DNA of 64,000 nt from Candidatus Hydrogenedentota bacterium (GTDB taxonomy: Bacteria > Hydrogenedentota > Hydrogenedentia > Hydrogenedentales > SLHB01). Positions within the stretch are counted from its first letter, which is position 1. Every line of letters starts with the position of its first letter. Below the pieces are notes generated by a model that saw nothing but the letters and a program-made list of their open reading frames with translations, searched no databases and had not been told where the DNA came from. A program made the translations under genes and the position numbers. Location: the NCBI GenBank assembly GCA_045863335.1, contig BTVY01000024.1, positions 1 to 64,000 on the forward strand, read 5' to 3'. Below, in pieces: positions 1-9,300 of the stretch.

Positions 1-51
1 CGTTCCCACGTTCACGTGGGGCTTCGTCCGTTCAAATTTCGCCTTGGCCAT
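1..51 (-). CDS. tuf: elongation factor Tu, 5' end only (runs off window)
   Basis: Reverse complement reads MAKAKFERTKPHVNVGT. GGAGG SD at ~64-68. Lies downstream of the canonical Thr-Tyr-Gly-Thr tRNA cluster. Confidence 0.97.
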   Translation of the reverse strand, partial: MAKAKFERTKPHVNVGT

Positions 52-166
52 GGTTGGTTCAAACCTCCCTCACGAAGTTACCGTCTTACCTGTCAACGTC
101 TCTCCCACTGGTTCGCAGACACACCGCGAATGTTTCCAGTGGGGCGAGCTTTCATATTGGAAAAAA

Positions 167-242
167 TGGAGCCCACGAACAGAATCGAACTGTTGACCCC
201 CTCCTTACCATGGAGGTGCTCTACCGACTGAGCTACGCGGGC
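167..242 (-). tRNA. tRNA-Thr(GGT)
   Basis: 76-nt cloverleaf GCCCGCGTAGCTCAGTCGGTAGAGC..., anticodon arm CCTCC-ATGGTAA-GGAGG, GTTCGATTC T-loop, encoded CCA. Confidence 0.97.
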
Positions 243-262
243 CCCGAAAAGCAACATTTTAT

Positions 263-339
263 TGGAGCGGGAAACGGGATTCGAACCCGCGACCCTCAGC
301 TTGGAAGGCTGATGCTCTAGCCAACTGAGCTATTCCCGC
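263..339 (-). tRNA. tRNA-Gly(TCC)
   Basis: GCGGGAATAGCTCAG..., anticodon arm TCAGC-CTTCCAA-GCTGA, GGTTCGAATCC, encoded CCA. Confidence 0.97.
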
Positions 340-401
340 CCAATGAATCTCAACTGTTTGCGGTAGGCAATTCTACGAGCCGCAGTCCTTCTACCGCGAA
401 C

Positions 402-605
402 AAACTCGAAATTCTAAATCCGAAATCCGAAACGAGCGCGAATGTTCAAAATCCAAATGACTGAAACACGTCTCCGTAGATTATGTACCCGAACGAGAAC
501 CCAGTTACGGTGTCTTGACCCTTTTGGATTTGGGTCATTCGGATTTGTTTCGGATTTCGTGCTTCGTGCTTCGAATTTTCATCCGGTGCTTGGTATTTCG
601 AATTT
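402..605. repeat. heptamer-repeat inverted-repeat (hairpin) element in the tRNA spacer
   Basis: Left arm (402-468) built of ATCCGAA-like 7-mers; right arm (511-578) built of the complementary TTCGGAT/TTCGTGC units. A second right-arm copy is at 58292-58357. Confidence 0.75.
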
Positions 606-629
606 CCTTACGTATTCAAATTGAAAATA

Positions 630-712
630 TGGTGGGAGTAGGATTCGAACCTACGTAGGCGCTAGCCAGCGGGTTTACAGCCCGCCCCCTTTAGCCACTC
701 GGGCATCCCACC
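630..712 (-). tRNA. tRNA-Tyr(GTA)
   Basis: GGTGGGATGCCCGAGTGGCTAAAGGGG..., anticodon arm GCGGG-CTGTAAA-CCCGC, long variable arm, acceptor GGTGGGA/TCCCACC plus discriminator A. CCA not encoded. Confidence 0.96.
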
Positions 713-760
713 ACAATAAAAACGCTTAACGTTCGGCTTCGCTAAACCAGTTTGGTAAAG

Positions 761-836
761 TGGAGCTGGCGAAGGGAGTCGAACCCCCGACCCACGGATT
801 ACAAATCCGTTGCTCTACCAACTGAGCTACGCCAGC
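761..836 (-). tRNA. tRNA-Thr(TGT)
   Basis: GCTGGCGTAGCTCAGTTGGTAGAGC..., anticodon arm ACGGA-TTTGTAA-TCCGT, encoded CCA. Confidence 0.97.
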
Positions 837-883
837 GGCGCCCAAGAACAAATCAACCGCCCCAGAAGGGCGGTGTTTGCAAA

Positions 884-913
884 AATATAGCAAAGGCTAA
901 GCGCCTGTGTCAA
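884..913 (-). promoter_or_regulatory. sigma70-type promoter of the tRNA-tuf operon
   Basis: Minus strand reads TTGACA-N18-TATATT with an extended -10 TG, ~50 nt upstream of tRNA-Thr(TGT). Confidence 0.7.
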
Positions 914-1226
914 GCAATCTTACCGATCAAATTCCGCCTGTCCATGAGGCCGGGCCGGTGATGCGCATTGGTACTTCCCATCTTGTTGCACCGTCCATAC
1001 TTCCGTTGATAACTCGGGAGTCCTCTGCTAGAATCGCGCACATGTTTCAGCGGCTCGCTCATGCAGAACGGGGTTCATCCGCGGGCGCTACTCGCGCCTG
1101 CGGCGGTTACCCTGCGGCCTGACGCACTCCCTGATCGACGTCATTCCACCTATCCCGACCGCGGCCGACATGCATGCTGCGGGTCCGGGAGCGAGAGATA
1201 AACCGTACTAGTATTGAGGATATTCA

Positions 1227-2501
1227 ATGAGCCTGTTTACTGAACTGAGTTGGCGCGGATTGGTCAATCAAGTGACGCATCCCGATCTGGACGAGCGCCT
1301 GCAGAAGGACCGGTTCGTCGTTTATGCGGGATTCGATCCGACGGCGGACAGCCTGCATATCGGGCACCTGATGGGTGTCATCGGGCTGATGCACTTCCAG
1401 CGAGCGGGGCACCGGCCCGTGGCTCTGGTGGGCGGCGCAACGGGCATGGTCGGCGACCCCAGCGGCAAATCGGAAGAGCGAAAGCTGCAGACCGTGGAAG
1501 ATTTGGCCCGATTCGCCGAGGCGATTCGGAAGCAGTTGGGACAGTTTCTGGACTTCAGTGGCACGGACGGCGCCGTTCTTGCCAACAACGCGGAATGGTT
1601 GGGAAAGCTGAACCTGATCGATTTCCTGCGCGATATCGGCAAGCACTTTTCCGTGAACGCGATGGTGGCGCGGGAATCGGTGCGGGCGCGCCTGGAAGAC
1701 CGGGATCACGGGATCAGCTTCACCGAGTTTTCGTACATGTTGCTTCAGGCGTACGACTACCTCCATCTCTACGACGCGTACGGATGCAAGTTGCAAGTGG
1801 GCGGCAGCGATCAGTGGGGCAATATCCTCTCGGGAATGGACCTGATTCGCCGGCTGCGGAATGACGAGGCCTTTGGCTTGACGTGGCCGCTGGTCACGAA
1901 GTCCGACGGCACAAAGTTTGGCAAGACGGAGTCCGGCGCGGTGTGGCTGGATCCCAAACGCACCTCGCCGTACAAGTTCTATCAGTTCTGGATCAACCAG
2001 ACTGATGCGGAAACGCCCAAGTGGCTACGGACATTTACGTTCCTGTCGCAGGAAGAGATTGTGTCGCTGGAGCAAAGCATCAGCGATGCGCCGGAGAAGC
2101 GGGAAGCGCAGCGGAAACTCGCGGAGGAGGTCACGCGCATGGTGCACGGGCCGGAAGCGCTCGCCAATGCGAGCAACGCTACACAAGCCATGTTCGGCGG
2201 TTCGTTGACGGGGTTGGATGACGCGACACTCGAGGATGTATTCAGCGAGGTGCCAACCGCGGAATTGCAGCGAAGCGTGTTGAACGGGGACAGACTCCTC
2301 GTGGATGTCCTCGTCGAGTGCGGCGTGTTCAAGAGCAAGGGTGAAGGACGCCGGTTGATCCAGAACGGCGGACTCTACTTGAACAACGAGAAGGTCGCGG
2401 GAGACGACGCGAAGCTGACGGAACATTCGCTGTGCGGCAAGCGGATTGCGGTGGTGCGGACGGGCAAACGGAATTATCACTTGCTGAAATTCACCAATTG
2501 A
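1227..2501 (+). CDS. tyrS: tyrosine--tRNA ligase
   Basis: YAGFDPTADSLHIGH (HIGH), GGSDQWGN, KFGKT (KMSKS-type), C-terminal S4-like domain. Confidence 0.98.
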   Translation: MSLFTELSWRGLVNQVTHPDLDERLQKDRFVVYAGFDPTADSLHIGHLMGVIGLMHFQRAGHRPVALVGGATGMVGDPSGKSEERKLQTVEDLARFAEAIRKQLGQFLDFSGTDGAVLANNAEWLGKLNLIDFLRDIGKHFSVNAMVARESVRARLEDRDHGISFTEFSYMLLQAYDYLHLYDAYGCKLQVGGSDQWGNILSGMDLIRRLRNDEAFGLTWPLVTKSDGTKFGKTESGAVWLDPKRTSPYKFYQFWINQTDAETPKWLRTFTFLSQEEIVSLEQSISDAPEKREAQRKLAEEVTRMVHGPEALANASNATQAMFGGSLTGLDDATLEDVFSEVPTAELQRSVLNGDRLLVDVLVECGVFKSKGEGRRLIQNGGLYLNNEKVAGDDAKLTEHSLCGKRIAVVRTGKRNYHLLKFTN

Positions 2502-2623
2502 CCTCCGCATCATGCATGTTAGTTTATCGTGAAAACCGCGTCCGCTACTTGATTATTTGAAAACATCTGATACACTTCCATTGTCTTCACTGCAAAACTT
2601 CTAACGTAAACCGAGGTATCCTC

Positions 2624-4426
2624 ATGCGCCGAATACTTTTTTCAATTCTATTGCTGATGCTAACAATGCCCGTCGCATTGGCCCATGTCGGCCAACATCC
2701 CTCCGTACACGATACGGTCGCCGGCATCATCGAGCGACTGAAGGAAACGAAATCTCACGAGGAACTACAGAGCCTGACTCTGGAGCAGGTTGAAGCGGTT
2801 CTTACCGAGGAGGAGCGTCACGTTCTTGCGACGGAGCATCTCTCCTTTGATGTGAATGTACCGGTTACGGTGTACGTCGTCCGGGACGTGGAACTCGACC
2901 GGGAGCCATTCTGGCTGGAGGAATACGAGTTCACCAAGACCGATCTCCGTCTTGTAGTTGACAGTGACGAAGTATTTGACGTGTGGAAGAAGGATTTTGA
3001 TGCGGGCCGCGTTGGGCTTGGCACAAACAGCTTAACCGGGCGGGGCGACCACTATTTCGTCGTCTTGAAACCGCAGCAGGATGGCACCCCCATCGAAGTA
3101 ACCAACATGTATCCGGGTCAGCATGAGGTCATGGTGCTTGAAGAGAACCTGAGCGCGTATCGCGGGTGGAACGACAAGCCAATCACGGAAATCCCGGCCG
3201 AGTTGAAGGGGCACGTGCTGATCCGCGACGACAACAGCCGGCGTCGCGAAACGCGGCTGGTGGACGTGTTTCGAGTTACCCCCTACCCCGCGACTCAAAC
3301 GCCCGACCATGTTGTCTTGACGTGGAGCGACGATCCGAAAACGACCCAGACGATTCAATGGCGCACGAGCACGGATGTCGATGAAGGCTTTGTACAGTAC
3401 CAGAAGAAGTCGGCGTTTCATCAGTTCGATCCCGAAGACCCGGAGCGGGTTCAGGCGGAGACCAAGCCGTTGGAGAATCCGACGCTGGTAAACGATCCGG
3501 TGATTCACCGCCACACCGCCACGATTACGGGGTTGGAGCCGGAGACGACGTACGTGTATTCCGTGGGCGATGGTTCCGAAGATGGGTGGACGGAACTTGC
3601 GGAGTTCACGACGGCGCCGGACGGCGTCAAGCCGTTTTCGTTTATCTATATGGGCGACGCGCAGAACGGGCTCGACCGTTGGGGATCGCTGATCCATCAT
3701 GCGTTCCGCGAGCGGCCTGATGCGGCGTTCTACGTGATGGCGGGGGATCTCGTGAATCGCGGAAGCGAGCGGGACGACTGGGACAGCTACTTCGAGAATG
3801 CGGAGGGGATTTTCGACCGCCGACAGGTCGTGCCGTGTTTGGGAAATCACGAGTATCAGAATAACGATCCCAGTTTGTACCTCGAGCAGTTTGCGTTGCC
3901 GCTGAACGGGCCGGATACGATCGGACCGGAGCGGGCGTATTCTTTCGAGTATAGCAACGCGATCTTCGTGGTACTCGACTCGAACCAACCGGCCGATACG
4001 CAGACTGCGTGGCTGGAAGAACAACTCGCCAACACGGACGCCACGTGGAAGTTTGTCGTCTATCATCATCCCGCATACTCTTCGTCGGCGCGCCGCGACA
4101 ACCCGGAAGTTCGCAAGATTTGGGGCGCCATTTTCGACAAGTATCACGTGGATCTTGCGCTGCAGGGCCACGACCACGCGTACTTGCGGACGTATCCGAT
4201 GAAGAACGAACAGCGCGTCGATTCGCCCGCAGAGGGAACGGTCTACGTGTTGTCCGTATCGGGTACGAAGTTTTACGATCAGGGAGACCTGGATTACATC
4301 GAGTTTGGCATGACGAATGTCGCGACCTATCAAGTTCTCGACATTCAGATCAGCGGCGACCGGCTCGTCTATCGCGCGTACGACATCGATGGGAGCAAAC
4401 GGGACGAGTTGATCATCGAGAAATAG
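2624..4426 (+). CDS. secreted metallophosphoesterase (purple-acid-phosphatase-like, FN3 N-domain)
   Basis: Signal peptide. FN3-type PAP_N segment (PDHVVLTW...LEPETTYVYSVG). Calcineurin-like motifs GDAQ, AGDLV, GNHE, HHP, GHDH. Confidence 0.85.
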   Translation: MRRILFSILLLMLTMPVALAHVGQHPSVHDTVAGIIERLKETKSHEELQSLTLEQVEAVLTEEERHVLATEHLSFDVNVPVTVYVVRDVELDREPFWLEEYEFTKTDLRLVVDSDEVFDVWKKDFDAGRVGLGTNSLTGRGDHYFVVLKPQQDGTPIEVTNMYPGQHEVMVLEENLSAYRGWNDKPITEIPAELKGHVLIRDDNSRRRETRLVDVFRVTPYPATQTPDHVVLTWSDDPKTTQTIQWRTSTDVDEGFVQYQKKSAFHQFDPEDPERVQAETKPLENPTLVNDPVIHRHTATITGLEPETTYVYSVGDGSEDGWTELAEFTTAPDGVKPFSFIYMGDAQNGLDRWGSLIHHAFRERPDAAFYVMAGDLVNRGSERDDWDSYFENAEGIFDRRQVVPCLGNHEYQNNDPSLYLEQFALPLNGPDTIGPERAYSFEYSNAIFVVLDSNQPADTQTAWLEEQLANTDATWKFVVYHHPAYSSSARRDNPEVRKIWGAIFDKYHVDLALQGHDHAYLRTYPMKNEQRVDSPAEGTVYVLSVSGTKFYDQGDLDYIEFGMTNVATYQVLDIQISGDRLVYRAYDIDGSKRDELIIEK

Positions 4427-4439
4427 GGGGACCGATATC

Positions 4440-5363
4440 ATGGGCCGACGCGGTTCGTGGATGGCGACGGCAGTCGCCGCATGCATCGGCGCGATTGCGC
4501 TGAACGGGTTCGCGCAGGAGGGCTCTGCTTCTCGCGCAGGGGTCGAACACGTCGTGGTCGTTGGCGTGGACGGAATGAGTCCTGCCGGGATCGCTGCCGC
4601 CAAGACGCCGCATCTGGACGCGCTGATGGCGCGCGGCGCATTCACGATGAAGGCGCGGGCCGTGATGCCGACGATCAGCAGTTCGAACTGGGCTTCCATG
4701 ATTATGGGCGCGGGGCCCGAGCAGCACGGCATCACGTCGAATGATTGGCAGCCGGACCAGTTTGAGATCGCGCCAACCGCAAAAGGCCCGGGCGGTATAT
4801 TCCCGACGATCTTCGCGGTATTGCGCGAGGCGAGGCCGGAATCGCACCTTGCGGTGTTCTACGACTGGAGCGGGTTCGGCCGCTTGTTCGAGCATGACGT
4901 GGTGGATTGGAGCGCCGACACGAAGGGCCCTGCGGTCACCACGCAACGCGCGGTGGAGTACCTCGTCGAAAATCAGCCCACGCTGACCTTCATCCACTTG
5001 GACCATGTCGACCACGCGGGGCACGGTCACGGATGGGGATCCCCCGAGTATGTGAAAGCCGTCGAAGAGGCGGACGGGTATATCGGGCAGGTCGTTCAGG
5101 GCGTCGAGCAAGCGGGCATCACTGGCAGTACGCTGGTAATCGTTACCTCCGACCACGGCGGTAAGGGCACGAGCCACGGTGGGTCCACGATGGAGGAGAT
5201 CGAGATCCCGTGGATCGTTGCGGGACCGGGGGTCGCCGAAGGCCTGGAGATCACGGATCCCGTCGACGTGTACCAGACGGCAGCCACGATAGCCTATGTT
5301 CTGAATGTAACGCCGCCGACGTGCTGGATCGCCAGGCCCGTCGCGCAGGCCTTCTCCGGCTAG
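4440..5363 (+). CDS. alkaline phosphatase superfamily / type I phosphodiesterase
   Basis: Signal peptide; motifs VVVGVDG, PTISSSNW, DHVDHAGH, VTSDHGG. Confidence 0.85.
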   Translation: MGRRGSWMATAVAACIGAIALNGFAQEGSASRAGVEHVVVVGVDGMSPAGIAAAKTPHLDALMARGAFTMKARAVMPTISSSNWASMIMGAGPEQHGITSNDWQPDQFEIAPTAKGPGGIFPTIFAVLREARPESHLAVFYDWSGFGRLFEHDVVDWSADTKGPAVTTQRAVEYLVENQPTLTFIHLDHVDHAGHGHGWGSPEYVKAVEEADGYIGQVVQGVEQAGITGSTLVIVTSDHGGKGTSHGGSTMEEIEIPWIVAGPGVAEGLEITDPVDVYQTAATIAYVLNVTPPTCWIARPVAQAFSG

Positions 5364-5395
5364 TGTAGTGGGTTCGGTGTTCTTGCGGTAATCAA

Positions 5396-5435
5396 AGGGA
5401 ACATCCCCCTAAATCCCCCTTCGAAGGGGGACTTT
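5396..5435. repeat. REP-like palindrome family A, copy 1
   Basis: AGGGAACATCCCCCTAAATCCCCCTTCGAAGGGGGACTTT. Differs by one base from 10241-10280. Lies between convergent genes. Confidence 0.8.
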
Positions 5436-5499
5436 GAACGACGGCTTGCGCAGAGTCAATGAGAAGGTTATTTGTGTTCAGGACATTTGGCAGGCGGTT

Positions 5500-6132
5500 T
5501 CAGTCCGCAGTGGGCGATTTCGGCAGGCATTCCAGAATACGAAGTGCCGATTGCTCGGGGGGATCGGCGCCGTCGAGAATAATCGTTGCATACTGGCGCG
5601 TGGGCAAGATGTGCAGATCGTGCATGGGCAATACGTGGGACTGATATTGGCCGGACACGGACAGAAAGTCGCGGCCGCGCTCGCGGGAGTCGCGAATAAC
5701 CCGCCGCTCGAACGCCATCTTTTCGGTCGTGTCCACGAACGCGCATACGGTGCACCGGCTGCGAATACTTTGATCCCGCAGGGCGAACAACCCCTCCAGA
5801 ACGAGGTAGGGCCGCGCTTCCAGGCGGGTACAGCGGCCGGTTCGAGCATGATGAGTGAAATCGTACTCGGGAACCTCCACGGCACGGCCATTGGTCAACG
5901 ACATGAGGTGACTTCGGAGCAGGGGCCATTCCCAGGCGTCGGGATGATCGAAATTCACCTTGGCCCGGTCCGGCTCTGGAAGGTTCGATAGATCGCGGTA
6001 GTAGGAATCCATCGCCAACACCGAGCATGAATCCGTTGGCAAGGCCGCCGCGAGGGCTGCCGCGATGGATGTCTTTCCGGCACACGACGCGCCGGCGATG
6101 GCTACCAGACATGGAAATCGGTCCACGTTCAT
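5500..6132 (-). CDS. udk: uridine kinase
   Basis: P-loop AGASCAGKT, MDSYYRD, NFDHPDA, VLEGLFAL, RRVIRD..ERGR. Start at ATG 6132 after GGAGG. Confidence 0.85.
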   Translation of the reverse strand: MNVDRFPCLVAIAGASCAGKTSIAAALAAALPTDSCSVLAMDSYYRDLSNLPEPDRAKVNFDHPDAWEWPLLRSHLMSLTNGRAVEVPEYDFTHHARTGRCTRLEARPYLVLEGLFALRDQSIRSRCTVCAFVDTTEKMAFERRVIRDSRERGRDFLSVSGQYQSHVLPMHDLHILPTRQYATIILDGADPPEQSALRILECLPKSPTAD

Positions 6133-6226
6133 CTTCCTCCGCCGAGTTGCTGTAACCCGGGACATTTTCCTCGAGTGTCGCGTGGATCGCAACATAGCGT
6201 GTTGATTCCCGTTCCATCCCCTTCAC

Positions 6227-6235
6227 TGGTATAAT
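6227..6235 (+). promoter_or_regulatory. extended -10 promoter element for the kinase gene
   Basis: TGgTATAAT ~80 nt upstream of the probable ATG at 6318. No clear -35. Confidence 0.45.
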
Positions 6236-6317
6236 CGGCTCTACGCCGTATGTCGTTCGTGTTAGCCGACCTGTGCTGAACCGACTGCGGCCACGAATCG
6301 ATACACCCGAGGAATCT

Positions 6318-9300
6318 ATGTCGCCACGCCTCTACGTGCTCACCTGCAAGTGCGGAAAGCACCTGACGGTCGATGAGACGCAAGTCGGCCAGTCCGGTCA
6401 ATGCCCACGATGCGGCCGGGATGTCGTTGCGGATGCCAATACCGTTGTCCCCATGACCGACGAGCATTCCGCCGAGGCCGAGCAGTTGATGGAGGCGCGC
6501 GTGGGGGACGACGGCGTGCCGGTGGATTGGAAGCCGGGCGACGTGGTCCTGAATCTTTACGAAGTGCTCGAGGTCCTCGGCGAGGGCGGAATGGGCAAGG
6601 TTTTCAAGGTCTACCACCGTGGGTGGGACATGCCGCTCGCGGTAAAGAGCCCGAAGGCCCGGACGCTCCTGAAGCGTGAGGGCGCGATGAATTTCGAGCG
6701 GGAGTGCGAGACATGGGTGAGTCTCGGGCTCCACCCCAATATTGTGAGCTGCTACTACGTGCGCCGGTTGGGAGGCATCCCTCGGGTGTTTGCGGAATTT
6801 GTCGATGGGGGATCTCTTTGGGACTTCATTGACGAGGGGCGCATTTATAAAGGCGGCCCCAAGAAAGCTCTGGAGCGTATTTGCGACATCGGGATTCAGA
6901 TGGCCTGGGGGTTGCAGCACGCGCACGATAGGGGGCTTGTCCACCAAGACGTCAAACCCGCGAACGTCCTGATGACGACGGATGAGACCGCGAAGGTCAC
7001 GGACTTTGGTCTGGCGAGGGCGCGAGTGCTGGCCACGGGAACGCCGGAAGACGTTGCGGTCGGCGACGGCGTGACGAATGTGGGCATGACCCGGATTTAC
7101 TGTTCGCCCGAACAGGCTAACCGCGACAAACTGACGGTCAAAACCGACATCTGGAGTTGGGCCTTGTGCATTCTCCAGGCCTTCACCGTGAAAGTCATTT
7201 GGAGACGCGGCACGGACGGTCCGGACACGCTGGCCCGGTTCCTGGAGCAGTCACGAGCGAATAAGCGGCTGTTACCCATGCCGGCGATCATCGCAGAGCT
7301 GCTGGGACGATGTTTTCAATTCGACCCGGAACTGCGTCCGAAGGATATGAACGAAGTCGCGGCGACCATGGAGGAAGCGTACCGTCAGGTACTCGGGGCC
7401 TCGTATCCACGGCAGCGTCCGAAGCCCGCCATGGCCCTGGCCGACAGCTTGAACAACCGGGCGGTGTCGCTATTGGACCTGAGCAAAACGGCTCACGCAG
7501 AACACGCGTGGGAACGGGCGTTGATGACGGATCCTCATCACCCCGAATCGACGTACAACCTCTGCATGGAACGGTGGCGCGCGGGCCGGATGACCGATGA
7601 GGCGGTTTTGTCCCGGTTGCAGGAGATCGTTAAGTTCCATCCCGGCGAGTGGCTGCCGCAATACACGTTGGCGCTGGCGCAAATCGAACACGGGAATTAT
7701 GCCGCAGCAACGAAGGCACTCCAGTCCGTCGATCCGGCGGCACAGGGCCGCAAAGACGTGGCGGCGATGGTGTCCGTGGCGCAGAAGTGCGTTCCGTTCA
7801 CGCGCACTTCGGTTCGCTGGTTGAAAGGACACCAAGACTCGTTGAGCGCCATCGCGTTCAGCCGGGACGGCAAGTACATCGTGACCGGCAGCGCGGACAA
7901 CACTTTGAAGCTATGGGACGCCGGCACAGGCGCCTGTGTGCGGACATTTGAAGGCCACCAGAACTCCGTCATCTGCGTCGATATCAGCCCGGACGGCACC
8001 CGCGCGATTTCGGGCAGCCGGGATCGCACAATTCGGCTGTGGGACATCGCGACCGGCGAACAACTTCGCGTATTCGAAGGCCATCGGGACACGGTGGAAG
8101 GCGTCGCACTGGTCGCGGACGACCGCCGGGCGATTTCCGCGAGTTCCGACGGTACGATTCGCATCTGGGACGTAGACGGCGCGGCGTGCGTGGACGTGTT
8201 CGAGGAACACCGGGGGCCCGTCACGGCGCTGGCGGCCGATAGCGCGGGACTTCTTGCCGTCTCCGGAGGGCAGGATGGCGCGATTCGCGTCTGGGACGTT
8301 GCAGGTCACCGGTGCACACACGTCGTCAACGGACACGCTGGGGCGGTCACTTCGCTCGCGCTCAATGAGGATGGACGGTTCGCATGTTCCGGTGGTCGAG
8401 ATGGACTTGCGAAGATCTGGCATCCAGCCTCGGGCGAATGTATCGCAACGTGCTCCGGCCATCAGGGTCCGGTGTTGTCTGTTGCACTGTCTGGAAACGG
8501 GAGGTTCGCGGTAACAGGAAGCCGGGACCGGACCATTCGACTGTGGGACACGGCGAAAGGCCGGTGCCTGAATACCTTCCCAGGTCATGCCAGCGCGGTC
8601 ACTTCGGTGGCGATCAGCCGGAACGGACAGCATGCCGCCTCGGGTGGCGAGGATAGTGCCGCGGGCGTCTGGTTTACAGGCGTTGCGCCGAATCCAGTCA
8701 CCGCTCCGACGCTAATCTGCCAAGCCGTGGCGAGCGAAGTGGCCATATCGACCAGCAAGGCGTTCGACGATGCGCTACGCCTCGGCCAATCGGCGATGCG
8801 GCACGGACAGTTCATCGAAGCGGCCAGACACTTGCGTACCGCGCGCGCCCAGCCGGGACACCGCCGCACGCCGGACGCCATGCATGAGTGGCGGTCGTTG
8901 TACACGCGGCTGCCGCGGGTTCACTTTCAAGGCGCTTGGGAAGAGCAAGGGCTGGCCCAACAAGCCGGGACGATCAAGATTGCCTGCATTACGCCCAATG
9001 CGCGGCATGCCCTGGTCGTGGACGAGGAAAACGCGCTGAAGTTGTACGATCTGGGAAAGGCGGAGATCCTTTGCGAGTTCGACCGTGAAGCCGGAGACGT
9101 CATGAGCGCGTGCATCAGCGGCGATGGGACACGCGCGCTCACCGGCGGCTGGGACATCAAGCTTTGGGACGCTCAGAATGGCCGCCTCATGCAGACCTTT
9201 GAGCGGCAGCCGGAGATGGTTAACTCCGTGGACCTCACCAAGGATGCCCGATACGCGGCGACGGCGAGCGGCCGGGTCGTACGCATCTGGGACGTGGCGA

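Noticed and set aside
167-836. Prophage or integrative element attachment at the tRNAs
   Set aside because: No integrase and no duplicated tRNA 3' end noticed in the window.
16-961. Short ORFs over the tRNA cluster
   Set aside because: Antisense translations of tRNA genes and of the repeat element.
914-1226. T-box leader for tyrS
   Set aside because: No GGTGGNACCGCG T-box sequence and no terminator/antiterminator before the start codon.
2502-2623. Pho box upstream of the phosphoesterases
   Set aside because: AT-rich, but no convincing 11-bp-period CTGTCAT-like direct repeats.
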